A program made the position numbers and the translations under genes. DNA of 54,344 bases, counting the filler, from Candidatus Zhuqueibacterota bacterium (lineage in GTDB: Bacteria > BS750m-G25), in NCBI GenBank assembly GCA_016783505.1. It is 3 parts of 3 records of this genome, joined end to end, with 100 filler letters (N's around TTAATTAATTAA, not from the genome) between each part and the next. Parts side by side here need not be neighbours in the genome. Positions count along the whole stretch, not along the records: positions 18,400 to 36,559 come from JADHWK010000045.1; positions 36,660 to 54,344 come from JADHWK010000046.1; 1 more part is not named here. The stretch is one strand, 5' to 3'. Shown in pieces: positions 29,247 through 37,651 of the stretch. The notes under the pieces are model-generated. The model made no database searches. It saw only the letters and a program-made list of their open reading frames with translations, and was not told the DNA's origin. Numbering within the stretch: position 1 is the first letter of the stretch; every line of letters begins with the position of its first letter.

Positions 29247-30001
29247 AGATAATATTCTTTTTTACCCACAAAAGATCTGAAATAAGAAACATGGGTGACC
29301 GGGATCCCCCTGGATTTAATGTTGATGATACCTCGTGTCCCATCCAATTGAAATCTAATGGAAGACAAATAGTTTATTATTTCAAAGTTGAATCTAATGT
29401 AGTGAACTGGAAAGAGAAAGTAACGGAGATAATAAATCATTATAATCTCGATTCTGCCGAATCCATCTACTTTTTTCATTATCAAACTATGAAACCTGAA
29501 ACGATTAGGGGCAACCTCAGTCTTCATGGTAAAGTCGTCGAAAAATTTACAAGCAGTGGCGACACGCGAGAGCTTTGGGATCAGATAACGGGAATAAAAT
29601 GTGTTTGTCAAGGTGGGAAAGTAAGTGAACCTCAAGTATTTGAGAAAATATTCGATGAGATATGGAACAGATACAGCGTACGCCCAAGAATTCACCGCCT
29701 CCGCTATGGAATCCTCTCTCCCCTTGTTGCTCTTGACCTGATTAAACAGGCTGAAGTAAATAGCTCGTCGGATAAGAGCACTGACTTGAGTACCCTAAAA
29801 AACGAAATCGAGACAGCTATTGATAATCTTGGTGAGTCAATCAAAGAATTTTGTGAACTTCCAATTAAATGCGATGAGTTCAAGGATCAACTTGAGAAGT
29901 TGAGGAAATATGAAAAATACTCTTCGTGGAAGGATTACCATAAGGAACTTAAAGAAGTTGCTGAAGGAATGGAAGAGCAGATTGCAGCGATTGAATCTTG
30001 A
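29243..30001 (+). CDS. Hypothetical protein (alpha/beta N-terminus, helical C-terminus)
   Basis: ATGA overlap with upstream gene and 4-nt overlap with downstream gene. Confidence 0.7.
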   Translation: MKIIFFFTHKRSEIRNMGDRDPPGFNVDDTSCPIQLKSNGRQIVYYFKVESNVVNWKEKVTEIINHYNLDSAESIYFFHYQTMKPETIRGNLSLHGKVVEKFTSSGDTRELWDQITGIKCVCQGGKVSEPQVFEKIFDEIWNRYSVRPRIHRLRYGILSPLVALDLIKQAEVNSSSDKSTDLSTLKNEIETAIDNLGESIKEFCELPIKCDEFKDQLEKLRKYEKYSSWKDYHKELKEVAEGMEEQIAAIES

Positions 30002-31002
30002 TGAAGCCACTCAGGTTAAATGGGGGAACCGCGATTCAATCCCAGTACGATCTGCCGGATCTACGAGGCAGGCTGAGCAGGCAAGAAGGCACAGTGAAAT
30101 CTATTAGGAGACTGTATCTTGGCATTCACGCTTCAGCCGGCCGCAAAGGATACTCTAACAACCGGGAAAGCATCCTGAATGAGATGATTTCCACCCTTGC
30201 GGATGAGAGCACAAGGATGGGGTTTGCCCTTGCCTGCCCGAGGAGAGTGGCGCCGGATGGAATTTTGTGGATGGCTGATTTGATAAGAAATACGCTCCAC
30301 GCTATTTTCCCTGAAGCGGATAAGCTGGAAATCGTTGATGCTTATAAGGACACAGAAGGCCATGGCACCATGCTGGCCGGGCTTGAGGAGGTGAAGGCAA
30401 AGAGAGCCAAAGGAGGTCTGAGAAGGGCTGTGGTAGTCTATGGATTTGACAGTGACGAGCGGATCAGACAGAACAAGAGCGGCTCTATTTTGGACGCCCC
30501 GGGTGTGTTTTACTTGAGGCTGCCCGCCCTTCTCTCCGATATTAAGAAGGTTTTCGATGAGGCGGCCAATATTCAAGTTATTGAGAACAATGCCATTGAT
30601 GAAAAGAGCTTCAGTGATTATGCCATCCGGGAGATTAGTGCCTTCAAACACCGGTGCGACAATCTATGGATTTCCATGGAGATGAATGCCAACATTGCCA
30701 AGATGGACCTTGATAACTCGCCTGAAACTATGCCAAGCGAGCTTTTTGAATTCAAAACGTCCCATATTGAAAAGCTTTTAGAGGAATACCGTAAACTCGA
30801 TCCAGTAGTGAAGCGACTTGGGATTGCAGATGCTGATAAAGTGACGGGTATGATGGATAAAGTTATTGGTGTAGTAAGACAAATACAGGATAAGAAGACC
30901 TCGCCCCCAAAGGCTTTAAATCTCGCTTTCGTATGCGTAGAAAAAGGGAGGGCTCTTTCAGCTATTCTTGAGAAGGCAAAGGAGTTGAAATATGGCAAGT
31001 AA
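29998..31002 (+). CDS. Hypothetical protein with pseudo-receiver-like module and helical His segment
   Basis: VVVYGF..APGVFYLRLPA..ISAFKHRCDN; the module is shared with 32514..34379. Confidence 0.65.
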   Translation: MMKPLRLNGGTAIQSQYDLPDLRGRLSRQEGTVKSIRRLYLGIHASAGRKGYSNNRESILNEMISTLADESTRMGFALACPRRVAPDGILWMADLIRNTLHAIFPEADKLEIVDAYKDTEGHGTMLAGLEEVKAKRAKGGLRRAVVVYGFDSDERIRQNKSGSILDAPGVFYLRLPALLSDIKKVFDEAANIQVIENNAIDEKSFSDYAIREISAFKHRCDNLWISMEMNANIAKMDLDNSPETMPSELFEFKTSHIEKLLEEYRKLDPVVKRLGIADADKVTGMMDKVIGVVRQIQDKKTSPPKALNLAFVCVEKGRALSAILEKAKELKYGK

Positions 31003-32449
31003 ACGCGTTCTTTTTATAGATGACGATTTTAGACTTTTTGAGAAGGCATTGCGTAAACAATTAGGCAAAGCTGGCTTTGAGATCAGATGCGAGGAAGATC
31101 CTTTCAATGTCCTGAGAGTTATTTCATCTTACCATCCTGATGTCATTCTTCTGGATATCCTCTTCCCCGAAGGCTACTTGGGAAAACCTACCCTCGAAAA
31201 GATCAAGAAAAAACATCCCAACATGCCGGTAATGATGATTACCGGCACCATGGATAAGTCCGAGTACAAATCAGAGCACTATTTGCTGGCCGACTACCGC
31301 TATTCGAAGGAGGCCTTAACAGCAGGGGACTTTTCAGACCTTGCCGCACAACTGAACAGGTTGATTGAAAGGGCAGAGGCTCAGGAACAGGGAGATGAAG
31401 ATAACACTGGGCTGGACAGTTTCGGGTTCATTGTCGGAAAGTCAAAGGCCATGCATGAGGTGGCTGAGATGGTGGAAAAGGTGGCTGATCAGGAACACAC
31501 AGTGCTCATTACCGGTGAATCAGGGACCGGCAAAAAGCTTGTAGCCCGTTCCGTACATGACAAGAGCAGACGTCAGAACCGGAACTTCGTGACTATCGTT
31601 TGCGCGGCCCTATCCAAGGAGCTTCTTGAAAGCGAACTCTTTGGACACGAAAAGGGAGCTTTTACAAGCGCGGTTTCAGATAAGAAAGGTAAGTTCGAGG
31701 TTGCAGGAGATGGGACCATCTTCTTGGATGAGATCGGTGATATGCCCCTTGATACCCAGGTTAAGCTGCTCCGTTTCGTGGAGGAAAGAGAATTCGAAAG
31801 GGTGGGCGGAAATGAGGTCCTGAGGTCCAACGCCCGAATCATTGCCGCCACAAACCAGGACCTTCACGACCTTGTCGCAAAGCGAGACTTCCGAGAAGAC
31901 CTCTTTTTTCGATTGAATGTGCTTTCCATCCATATGCCCCCGCTCAGAGAACGTAAGGAAGACATTCCCGTCTTTTTTGAACATTTTATTAATAAAGCAA
32001 ATGAGGATTCTAGGAAGAAAGTGTTGCCAATCCTTAGAGAGGATGTAAGGTTGATGCTGCTTTCCTATACCTGGCCGGGTAATATTCGTTTGTTTGAAAA
32101 CCTTATCAATCGTGCTGTTGCCATTGCAGATGAGAACATCCTTCAAGTGAATAATTTCCCCGACCTATCCAAAAAAATGGCTCAAGAGAATGGCGTGCCA
32201 TCTGATGTACCCTATATCGTTGATCGGATTTTAAAGGGTGAATTGACCTGGTCCGATATAAGTAAAGAGTTTGGCGCCAAAGGAATGATACGAAAAGAGG
32301 TACTATCACGAACAATAGATCGCTGGGTAAATGAGAATCAACGTCGGCCTTCTTCCGAAGATTTGGGCACATTATTATCGACTACCCCCGGGAATATGCG
32401 ACGCATCCTGTCCGAATGTGGAATTAAGCTGACAGAAATGACGAAGTAG
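30992..32449 (+). CDS. Sigma54-dependent NtrC-family response regulator (REC-AAA+-HTH)
   Basis: IDDD and LLDI receiver; GESGTGK; ESELFGHEKGAFTSA; FLDEIG; WPGNIR. Confidence 0.95.
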   Translation: MASKRVLFIDDDFRLFEKALRKQLGKAGFEIRCEEDPFNVLRVISSYHPDVILLDILFPEGYLGKPTLEKIKKKHPNMPVMMITGTMDKSEYKSEHYLLADYRYSKEALTAGDFSDLAAQLNRLIERAEAQEQGDEDNTGLDSFGFIVGKSKAMHEVAEMVEKVADQEHTVLITGESGTGKKLVARSVHDKSRRQNRNFVTIVCAALSKELLESELFGHEKGAFTSAVSDKKGKFEVAGDGTIFLDEIGDMPLDTQVKLLRFVEEREFERVGGNEVLRSNARIIAATNQDLHDLVAKRDFREDLFFRLNVLSIHMPPLRERKEDIPVFFEHFINKANEDSRKKVLPILREDVRLMLLSYTWPGNIRLFENLINRAVAIADENILQVNNFPDLSKKMAQENGVPSDVPYIVDRILKGELTWSDISKEFGAKGMIRKEVLSRTIDRWVNENQRRPSSEDLGTLLSTTPGNMRRILSECGIKLTEMTK

Positions 32450-32513
32450 ACCTAAGTAGGGCGATTTTAAACTCAAATTTTTTGAACCATACTTCATAAA
32501 TAACAGGTGAAAA

Positions 32514-34379
32514 ATGGCTTTATTAGAAAAAGTCCTGCAGAAACTGTGGCCCAATCTGTCGGCTCATTGGGTCAATGTGGATAGCTTTGGCCCCGATATC
32601 GGCGGACAAATCCTGCAGCTCCGGATGAGACATGAGAATATTGACCCCACCCCGATTATCCTATATGGGTTCAGTCCCTTCGAGAGTCTTGTTCGCTCAG
32701 AAAAAGCGCAACCCGGACTACTAGTGAGCCCTGGAGTCTACCACCTTCACCTTCCAGCAAATTGGGATCGGGTTAAAAGCATTCTTAAAAGAGCCCAAGA
32801 AACTCGCATAGACAGGAAAAAGCTGAAAAGCACGCTGATGAACGACGCTTTAGCTGGCGGTCGGTTGGCACGCATGGAATCCGAACTTGCACATCATATG
32901 GGGAATTTCTTAGGACCTGAGAAGCTGCTTTATGGCGCTCACCTGGCTGAAATGATTGATCATGAGATTTTTCAGAAAATCTTGGCTAAGATACGGGACA
33001 AACAGAAAACCATTTTAGAAAGTCGGAAAGAATACTACCTATATCGACTATCACAGGTTAACTATACACCCAACTGGGTTAACAAAATCTCTGAACCAAA
33101 GGTCACGAGAGGCGAAATCTTATATATTGATGATCACGCTCATCTTGGGTGGGCTTTTGCAGTAGCAGCAGCCTTGTTCGGCAAATTTCGATGCTTTTTC
33201 TCTGTGAAAAAAGCCAAAGAATACAACATGGATATTTTCGCATCTTACTTTGAAAATGGTCCTAGTTTATGCGTGATAAACACTGAAGGTATATCAGCTA
33301 CTGAAAATGCTTATATGGACAAAGCCCTCGCGATTGCAAATGATCACACTTTCATTCAGCGTTTTTCTCTCATTTTGGTTGACCTCCGCTTACGTTGGAA
33401 ACAAGATGAAAACCAGAACATCAAAGATATATCAGGAATGAAGGTCATCCGTAAGATTCGTGATGCCAATGCGGCTATCCCGGTGATTGTACTCACAGCA
33501 TCCCGAAAGGCCAAGAACATGGAGAGGGTGTTGGAATTGGGCGCTGATGGATATTTCATCAAAGAACTCCCTCAACCAAATGAAAAACAAGATGAAATTG
33601 AGGATTATTATCATCGCTTTGTTCAAGTTGTGAAAGAGGCAATAGATAAGTCTTATTTGGCAGAGGCATGGAGGATTGTGAAAAAGCTGGAATTATATGA
33701 ATCTAAAGACTATATAAATTCCAGAATGGATTACAACGAACTTCCAGATGATTTTAAGATAGATTGGCAACAACAGGTGATTAGCCCTTTAAAAAAGGGG
33801 ATCGGTTTTATGCGGAAAGAAAATACTTCTTTTGAACAAGATGCCTTTCAACTGTCTACAATAGCAGAAGCCATCATCAACTTCAATCACCCTAACGACA
33901 CCTTCAAAACCTTAAACGATAATTATAAGGATAGATATAAGAATGAAGTCGATCCACCAATCAGAATTTACCTTAACCCAAATCCCTACCTTTTCAATGG
34001 CCACCTATTGTTGGCGGGCCTACGGAATCTCGCGGCCCATGGTAAACATGAAAAGATCTTTGAAAAAAATGATGGTGAGATTGCCATGTATTTAGGTTTT
34101 AGAGCTCTAATAGGCAAAAAGCATACCGATGCCGTAAACCTGTTAAAGAAGTTAATAACTAAGATATTCCCCCAACATAAAAATCAAAGAATCGATCTTG
34201 AAACAGTAAAAAATGAGGCTACTAATAGAAGAGAACAAGCTGAAACGGATAAAGATCGTCTATATCTTGAATTTTTGGCGGATATAAATACCGAGGAAGG
34301 AAAAAAGCCTCTTGAGCAAGATGAGATTCTTATTTGTGAAATATGCAAGAATCATAACATACCGATAATGCCTTTATGA
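32514..34379 (+). CDS. Response-regulator receiver fused to a HEPN-like domain
   Basis: ILYIDD..LVDLRL..SG..IVLTAS..GADGYFIKE intact receiver; C-terminal helical region with RNLAAH (Rx4H) at 34023-34040. Confidence 0.7.
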   Translation: MALLEKVLQKLWPNLSAHWVNVDSFGPDIGGQILQLRMRHENIDPTPIILYGFSPFESLVRSEKAQPGLLVSPGVYHLHLPANWDRVKSILKRAQETRIDRKKLKSTLMNDALAGGRLARMESELAHHMGNFLGPEKLLYGAHLAEMIDHEIFQKILAKIRDKQKTILESRKEYYLYRLSQVNYTPNWVNKISEPKVTRGEILYIDDHAHLGWAFAVAAALFGKFRCFFSVKKAKEYNMDIFASYFENGPSLCVINTEGISATENAYMDKALAIANDHTFIQRFSLILVDLRLRWKQDENQNIKDISGMKVIRKIRDANAAIPVIVLTASRKAKNMERVLELGADGYFIKELPQPNEKQDEIEDYYHRFVQVVKEAIDKSYLAEAWRIVKKLELYESKDYINSRMDYNELPDDFKIDWQQQVISPLKKGIGFMRKENTSFEQDAFQLSTIAEAIINFNHPNDTFKTLNDNYKDRYKNEVDPPIRIYLNPNPYLFNGHLLLAGLRNLAAHGKHEKIFEKNDGEIAMYLGFRALIGKKHTDAVNLLKKLITKIFPQHKNQRIDLETVKNEATNRREQAETDKDRLYLEFLADINTEEGKKPLEQDEILICEICKNHNIPIMPL

Positions 34380-34561
34380 ATTGTAGAGAAAGCTCATGGA
34401 ACCTATTATAAGGGATGATGTCCAAAATTATTGTGAAAAACCGGTAGTACATTCTTGGGAATTGAAATGGAAAGGCCACATTTTTTGGAGAAACTGAAAA
34501 TTGGAATTGAGGATTGTGGGTAAGGTGGCTCATAAGAATTTCACTTGAGTGAGGATGAAAT

Positions 34562-35533
34562 ATGGGCAAACAAGATCAATATCGTGTGAAGCCTGATACA
34601 GATGTGAGTGTTGTTACCAAGGACTATATTAAGAGAAGGCAGGAGGTTATAAAGGATAGAGGTTTATTCAGGGCCATATATTGGGCTACTCTTGCTCCCG
34701 TTACCATCGGCCTTATTCTATTTATTCCACGAGTTGTGCGTGTTATGTACCGCCCAAATGGAGAAACCTCTCTTTCTACAGACTTGCTGATATTATTAGG
34801 ACTGTTGGCTTTCAGCTTGGGTATGGCGCTTGTGTTAACGGGTATGCTAATTTCCAGCATAACGAGGAACTTGGTCTTAAAGGAGATAAGGACAGAAAAA
34901 TTAGGGCAATACGAGAGGAAGGCAAAAGCTGATACATCGAAAGCTCTTTCAGTACTGGATGAAGCATCCAACGCAGAGAAACAGCTTCCTAAATGTATAG
35001 AATATGCCTCCGAATGGTTAGAACAGGCAAAAAATGAATATAAGGAAAATGCATTTGGTCCCTTTTGGGATAAAGTCGAGGGATCAGCCTTGAATTTGGC
35101 TGCTTTCTATTCCTCGGTTGAACAGATATCTGAAAATGCTCAAGTATACTATGGAACTTTGAAGGGTCGCAAGCACACTTTCCCCCATTTCTCTCCTCGG
35201 CCTGAATCTCTGCCCGATCCTTCTTCCGTAGTTGAAGACTTTAACAGTATTGTGCGAAAGGGGCAAACCAACTTCCAGTTCGCTTCGATATGGGAGCACC
35301 GGAAAACAAGAGAAGTACTAATTGCCGGTTTCAAAACACTGGGCCAGGCGGTTAATAATTTAGGAGCAGCGGTAACAAGTTCATTGTCGAATTTAGAGAG
35401 TTCAATAAGCTCCTTGGAAAGCTCATTTTCATATGAAGCAGGAATGATCAGGGATACAATCGCTGATCAAGTGGGCGAGATCGCCCGAGAACAAGAGAAG
35501 ACAAGGGAGACCTTTGCTGAGTTAAAGAAATAG
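34562..35533 (+). CDS. Two-TM membrane protein with helical/coiled-coil C-terminus
   Basis: Two hydrophobic segments followed by a long helical region. Confidence 0.75.
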   Translation: MGKQDQYRVKPDTDVSVVTKDYIKRRQEVIKDRGLFRAIYWATLAPVTIGLILFIPRVVRVMYRPNGETSLSTDLLILLGLLAFSLGMALVLTGMLISSITRNLVLKEIRTEKLGQYERKAKADTSKALSVLDEASNAEKQLPKCIEYASEWLEQAKNEYKENAFGPFWDKVEGSALNLAAFYSSVEQISENAQVYYGTLKGRKHTFPHFSPRPESLPDPSSVVEDFNSIVRKGQTNFQFASIWEHRKTREVLIAGFKTLGQAVNNLGAAVTSSLSNLESSISSLESSFSYEAGMIRDTIADQVGEIAREQEKTRETFAELKK

Positions 35534-35733
35534 CAAAGAGGCAAATAGCCTCTGAAGTTAATGCACATAAGAAGTAGCCCTGTGTCCTTCCCCCATCCTG
35601 ATAAGACGTCTTGTACCAGGCAGGTAAACCAGCCCTTGATCAACGAGTGGAGGAAAAGCTTCAGTAACTCTTGGCTGTCACTAAAGGTCCTTCTAAAGAA
35701 AAATATGGTTTCCATCGGCTGCGCTCCCCGCCT

Positions 35734-35751
35734 TGTTACCATCTCATAACA
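35734..35751. promoter_or_regulatory. Third copy of the TGTTA-N8-TAACA palindrome
   Basis: TGTTA-CCATCTCA-TAACA. Confidence 0.6.
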
Positions 35752-35936
35752 CCCTATCACCTTAAATGTTATTTTCCAATCGCTGCCGACCTGTATCAGA
35801 GACTTATCTCTCATGAGCAACGTGGGCTTTGTTTGCTTAGGTGAAAGTTTTTTGCGCCTGATTTATATTGTGAAATAGCATAGTTAGGTTTTTCCGGCAG
35901 CCTCCTCATTAAAATACCTGCCATTATGACCGCTGT

Positions 35937-35953
35937 TTGGCATCATTTTCGCA
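35937..35953 (+). promoter_or_regulatory. Second sigma54-like promoter
   Basis: TTGGCATCATTTTCGCA, GG-N10-GC; -12 element is TCGC rather than TTGC. Confidence 0.55.
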
Positions 35954-36031
35954 GCTAACTTTTGCTAAAGAGTTTCAGATAACCCGAAACGGCTAATGGC
36001 AGGCAACCTTTCTTAAAGGAGGGGAGTAGGG

Positions 36032-36226
36032 ATGAAAAAAAGATTCATTAATTGCTTTGCCGTTATGTGTGAAAACCATAACGAACGTCACCGTTTGATT
36101 CTAACACTGAATGAGTTCAAGAGGGCCAAAAGACGGTTCAGTAATGATATAGAAAAAGTCCGTAGAGAGGATATAAGAGATAAAAGAAGACTAACCATTG
36201 ATAATGGGAGGTGCCTGGTTTCGTGA
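36032..36226 (+). CDS. Small hypothetical protein
   Basis: RBS AAGGAGG; 64 aa. Confidence 0.55.
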   Translation: MKKRFINCFAVMCENHNERHRLILTLNEFKRAKRRFSNDIEKVRREDIRDKRRLTIDNGRCLVS

Positions 36227-36270
36227 ACCGATGTCTTTGAAAAATAAACCGATGAAAGGAGGTGAAAACT

Positions 36271-36462
36271 ATGGGTAGATATGAGAAGTATCATAATGTC
36301 GTCTCCGATCCTATTACTAATATCGTTGACGTCCTAACCGGTACGACTACGACGAAGACTGTCATGGTCGATAAGGAAACCGGGAAACGCGCAGAAGCAT
36401 ACGGCAGCAGTTATAAAGAAACCCTCTGTGCCAATGATAGTGAGACACTTCCCCCCCAATAG
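36271..36462 (+). CDS. Small hypothetical protein
   Basis: RBS AAGGAGGT; starts MGRYEKYHNV. Confidence 0.6.
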   Translation: MGRYEKYHNVVSDPITNIVDVLTGTTTTKTVMVDKETGKRAEAYGSSYKETLCANDSETLPPQ

Positions 36463-36492
36463 TTTAGTGTAGGGCGGGAAGGAGAAAAGTTG

Positions 36493-36559
36493 ATGGAAAA
36501 GAAAGAAGTCATGGTTATGAACCTTACACCAAGAGTTGAGGAAATGGAAGGAGCCCGTG
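36493..36559 (+). CDS. Start of ORF truncated by linker
   Basis: RBS AAGGAG; MEKKEVMVMNLTPRVEEMEGAR.. Confidence 0.45.
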
Positions 36560-36659
36560 NNNNNNNNNNNNNNNNNNNNNNNNNNNNNNNNNNNNNNNNN
36601 NNNTTAATTAATTAANNNNNNNNNNNNNNNNNNNNNNNNNNNNNNNNNNNNNNNNNNNN
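36560..36659. other. Artificial contig linker
   Basis: N run containing TTAATTAATTAA. Confidence 0.98.
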
Positions 36660-36893
36660 CACTACATTGATAGAAGGATCACCCTTCAGAAAAAGGTCAA
36701 TGATCTAACGGTAAGTAACAAGAAATTGAAAGACATGCCCCATTCCATAATGGGATCCCTGTCAAAGCTCAGCGAACAAATCGAGAAAATATCGGATCTA
36801 AAGCACGGTATCGAACACGGTTTCATTCAGAGCATGAAACAGTCCATTGCCGATATTTCCGTTATGTTAGCCGAACAAGCTTCAGTGAAATAA
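36660..36893 (+). CDS. C-terminal fragment of a helical/coiled-coil protein
   Basis: Open frame from the linker (HYIDRRITLQKK..EQASVK*). Confidence 0.55.
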   Translation, partial: HYIDRRITLQKKVNDLTVSNKKLKDMPHSIMGSLSKLSEQIEKISDLKHGIEHGFIQSMKQSIADISVMLAEQASVK

Positions 36894-36911
36894 TTGTAAG
36901 ATTTAGCTTTT

Positions 36912-36984
36912 GCGCCAGTAGCTCAGGGGATAGAGCACAGGCCTCCGGAGCCTGGTGTCGTGGGTTCGAATCCCTCCTGGCGTA
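36912..36984 (+). tRNA. tRNA-Arg(CCG)
   Basis: GCGCCAG acceptor stem, anticodon arm CAGGC-CT-CCG-GA-GCCTG, GGTTCGAATCC T-loop; CCA not encoded. Confidence 0.95.
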
Positions 36985-37037
36985 CAAAGATCAAATTAAC
37001 GGACAAGAAATTTAGAGTTAATTTTTACAATGGTGCT

Positions 37038-37241
37038 ATGAAAGTTATAATGGCTCGGCGAGTTCCTCTGTCGAAGATGGACCGGTCGTTTGATTTGAAA
37101 TTTTGGGAAAAGGTAGGTGTGGAGGGAAAATGGGAAGCAGCTTGGGACATGACAATCGAGGTGCAGAGAATCCGGGGTGAAAATGGGGATCAACCAAGAC
37201 TTCAAAGATCTGTTCAGAATATTAAACGAGTTCGGTATTAG
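37038..37241 (+). CDS. Small partner protein of the nucleotidyltransferase (putative TA component)
   Basis: MKVIM..DRSFDLKFW..WEAAW..PRLQRSV; overlaps the NTase gene. Confidence 0.65.
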   Translation: MKVIMARRVPLSKMDRSFDLKFWEKVGVEGKWEAAWDMTIEVQRIRGENGDQPRLQRSVQNIKRVRY

Positions 37242-37641
37242 GTATCTGGTAGTGGGTGCTTATGCGCTCATTTACTACACTGAACCAAGATTTACGAAGG
37301 ATTTGGATATTTGGATTGAACCTTCTCCTGATAATGCGAAAAAAGTATGGCAGGCATTGGTAAAGTACGGTGCTCCGATGATTGATATATCCCCGGAGGA
37401 TTTTTGTAATCCAGAGATCGTTTATCAGATCGGGGTTGAACCAAATCGTATTGATGTAATGATGGATATTGCAGGCGTTGTGTTTGTAGATGCCTGGGTA
37501 AACCGGGTTGAAAGTACTTACGGAGATGAGCAGATTCATTTGATAAGCCTGGACGATCTGATTCGAGCGAAAAGAAAGGCCGGGCGTCTTCAGGACAGAT
37601 TGGATCTGGAACTATTGGAAAAAACAAGAAAGAAGGATTAA
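37183..37641 (+). CDS. Pol-beta-like nucleotidyltransferase (DUF6036-like)
   Basis: YLVVGAYA..PRFTKDLD..LIRAKRKAGRLQDRLDLE. Confidence 0.85.
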   Translation: MGINQDFKDLFRILNEFGIRYLVVGAYALIYYTEPRFTKDLDIWIEPSPDNAKKVWQALVKYGAPMIDISPEDFCNPEIVYQIGVEPNRIDVMMDIAGVVFVDAWVNRVESTYGDEQIHLISLDDLIRAKRKAGRLQDRLDLELLEKTRKKD

Positions 37642-37651
37642 AAATTAACTT

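Noticed and set aside
35467-35820. ORFs 35467..35820(-) and 35561..35749(+)
   Set aside because: No motifs or RBS; the region is better explained as a regulatory spacer
36960-37037. N-terminal extension of ORF 36960..37241
   Set aside because: Overlaps tRNA-Arg; real start is probably 37038
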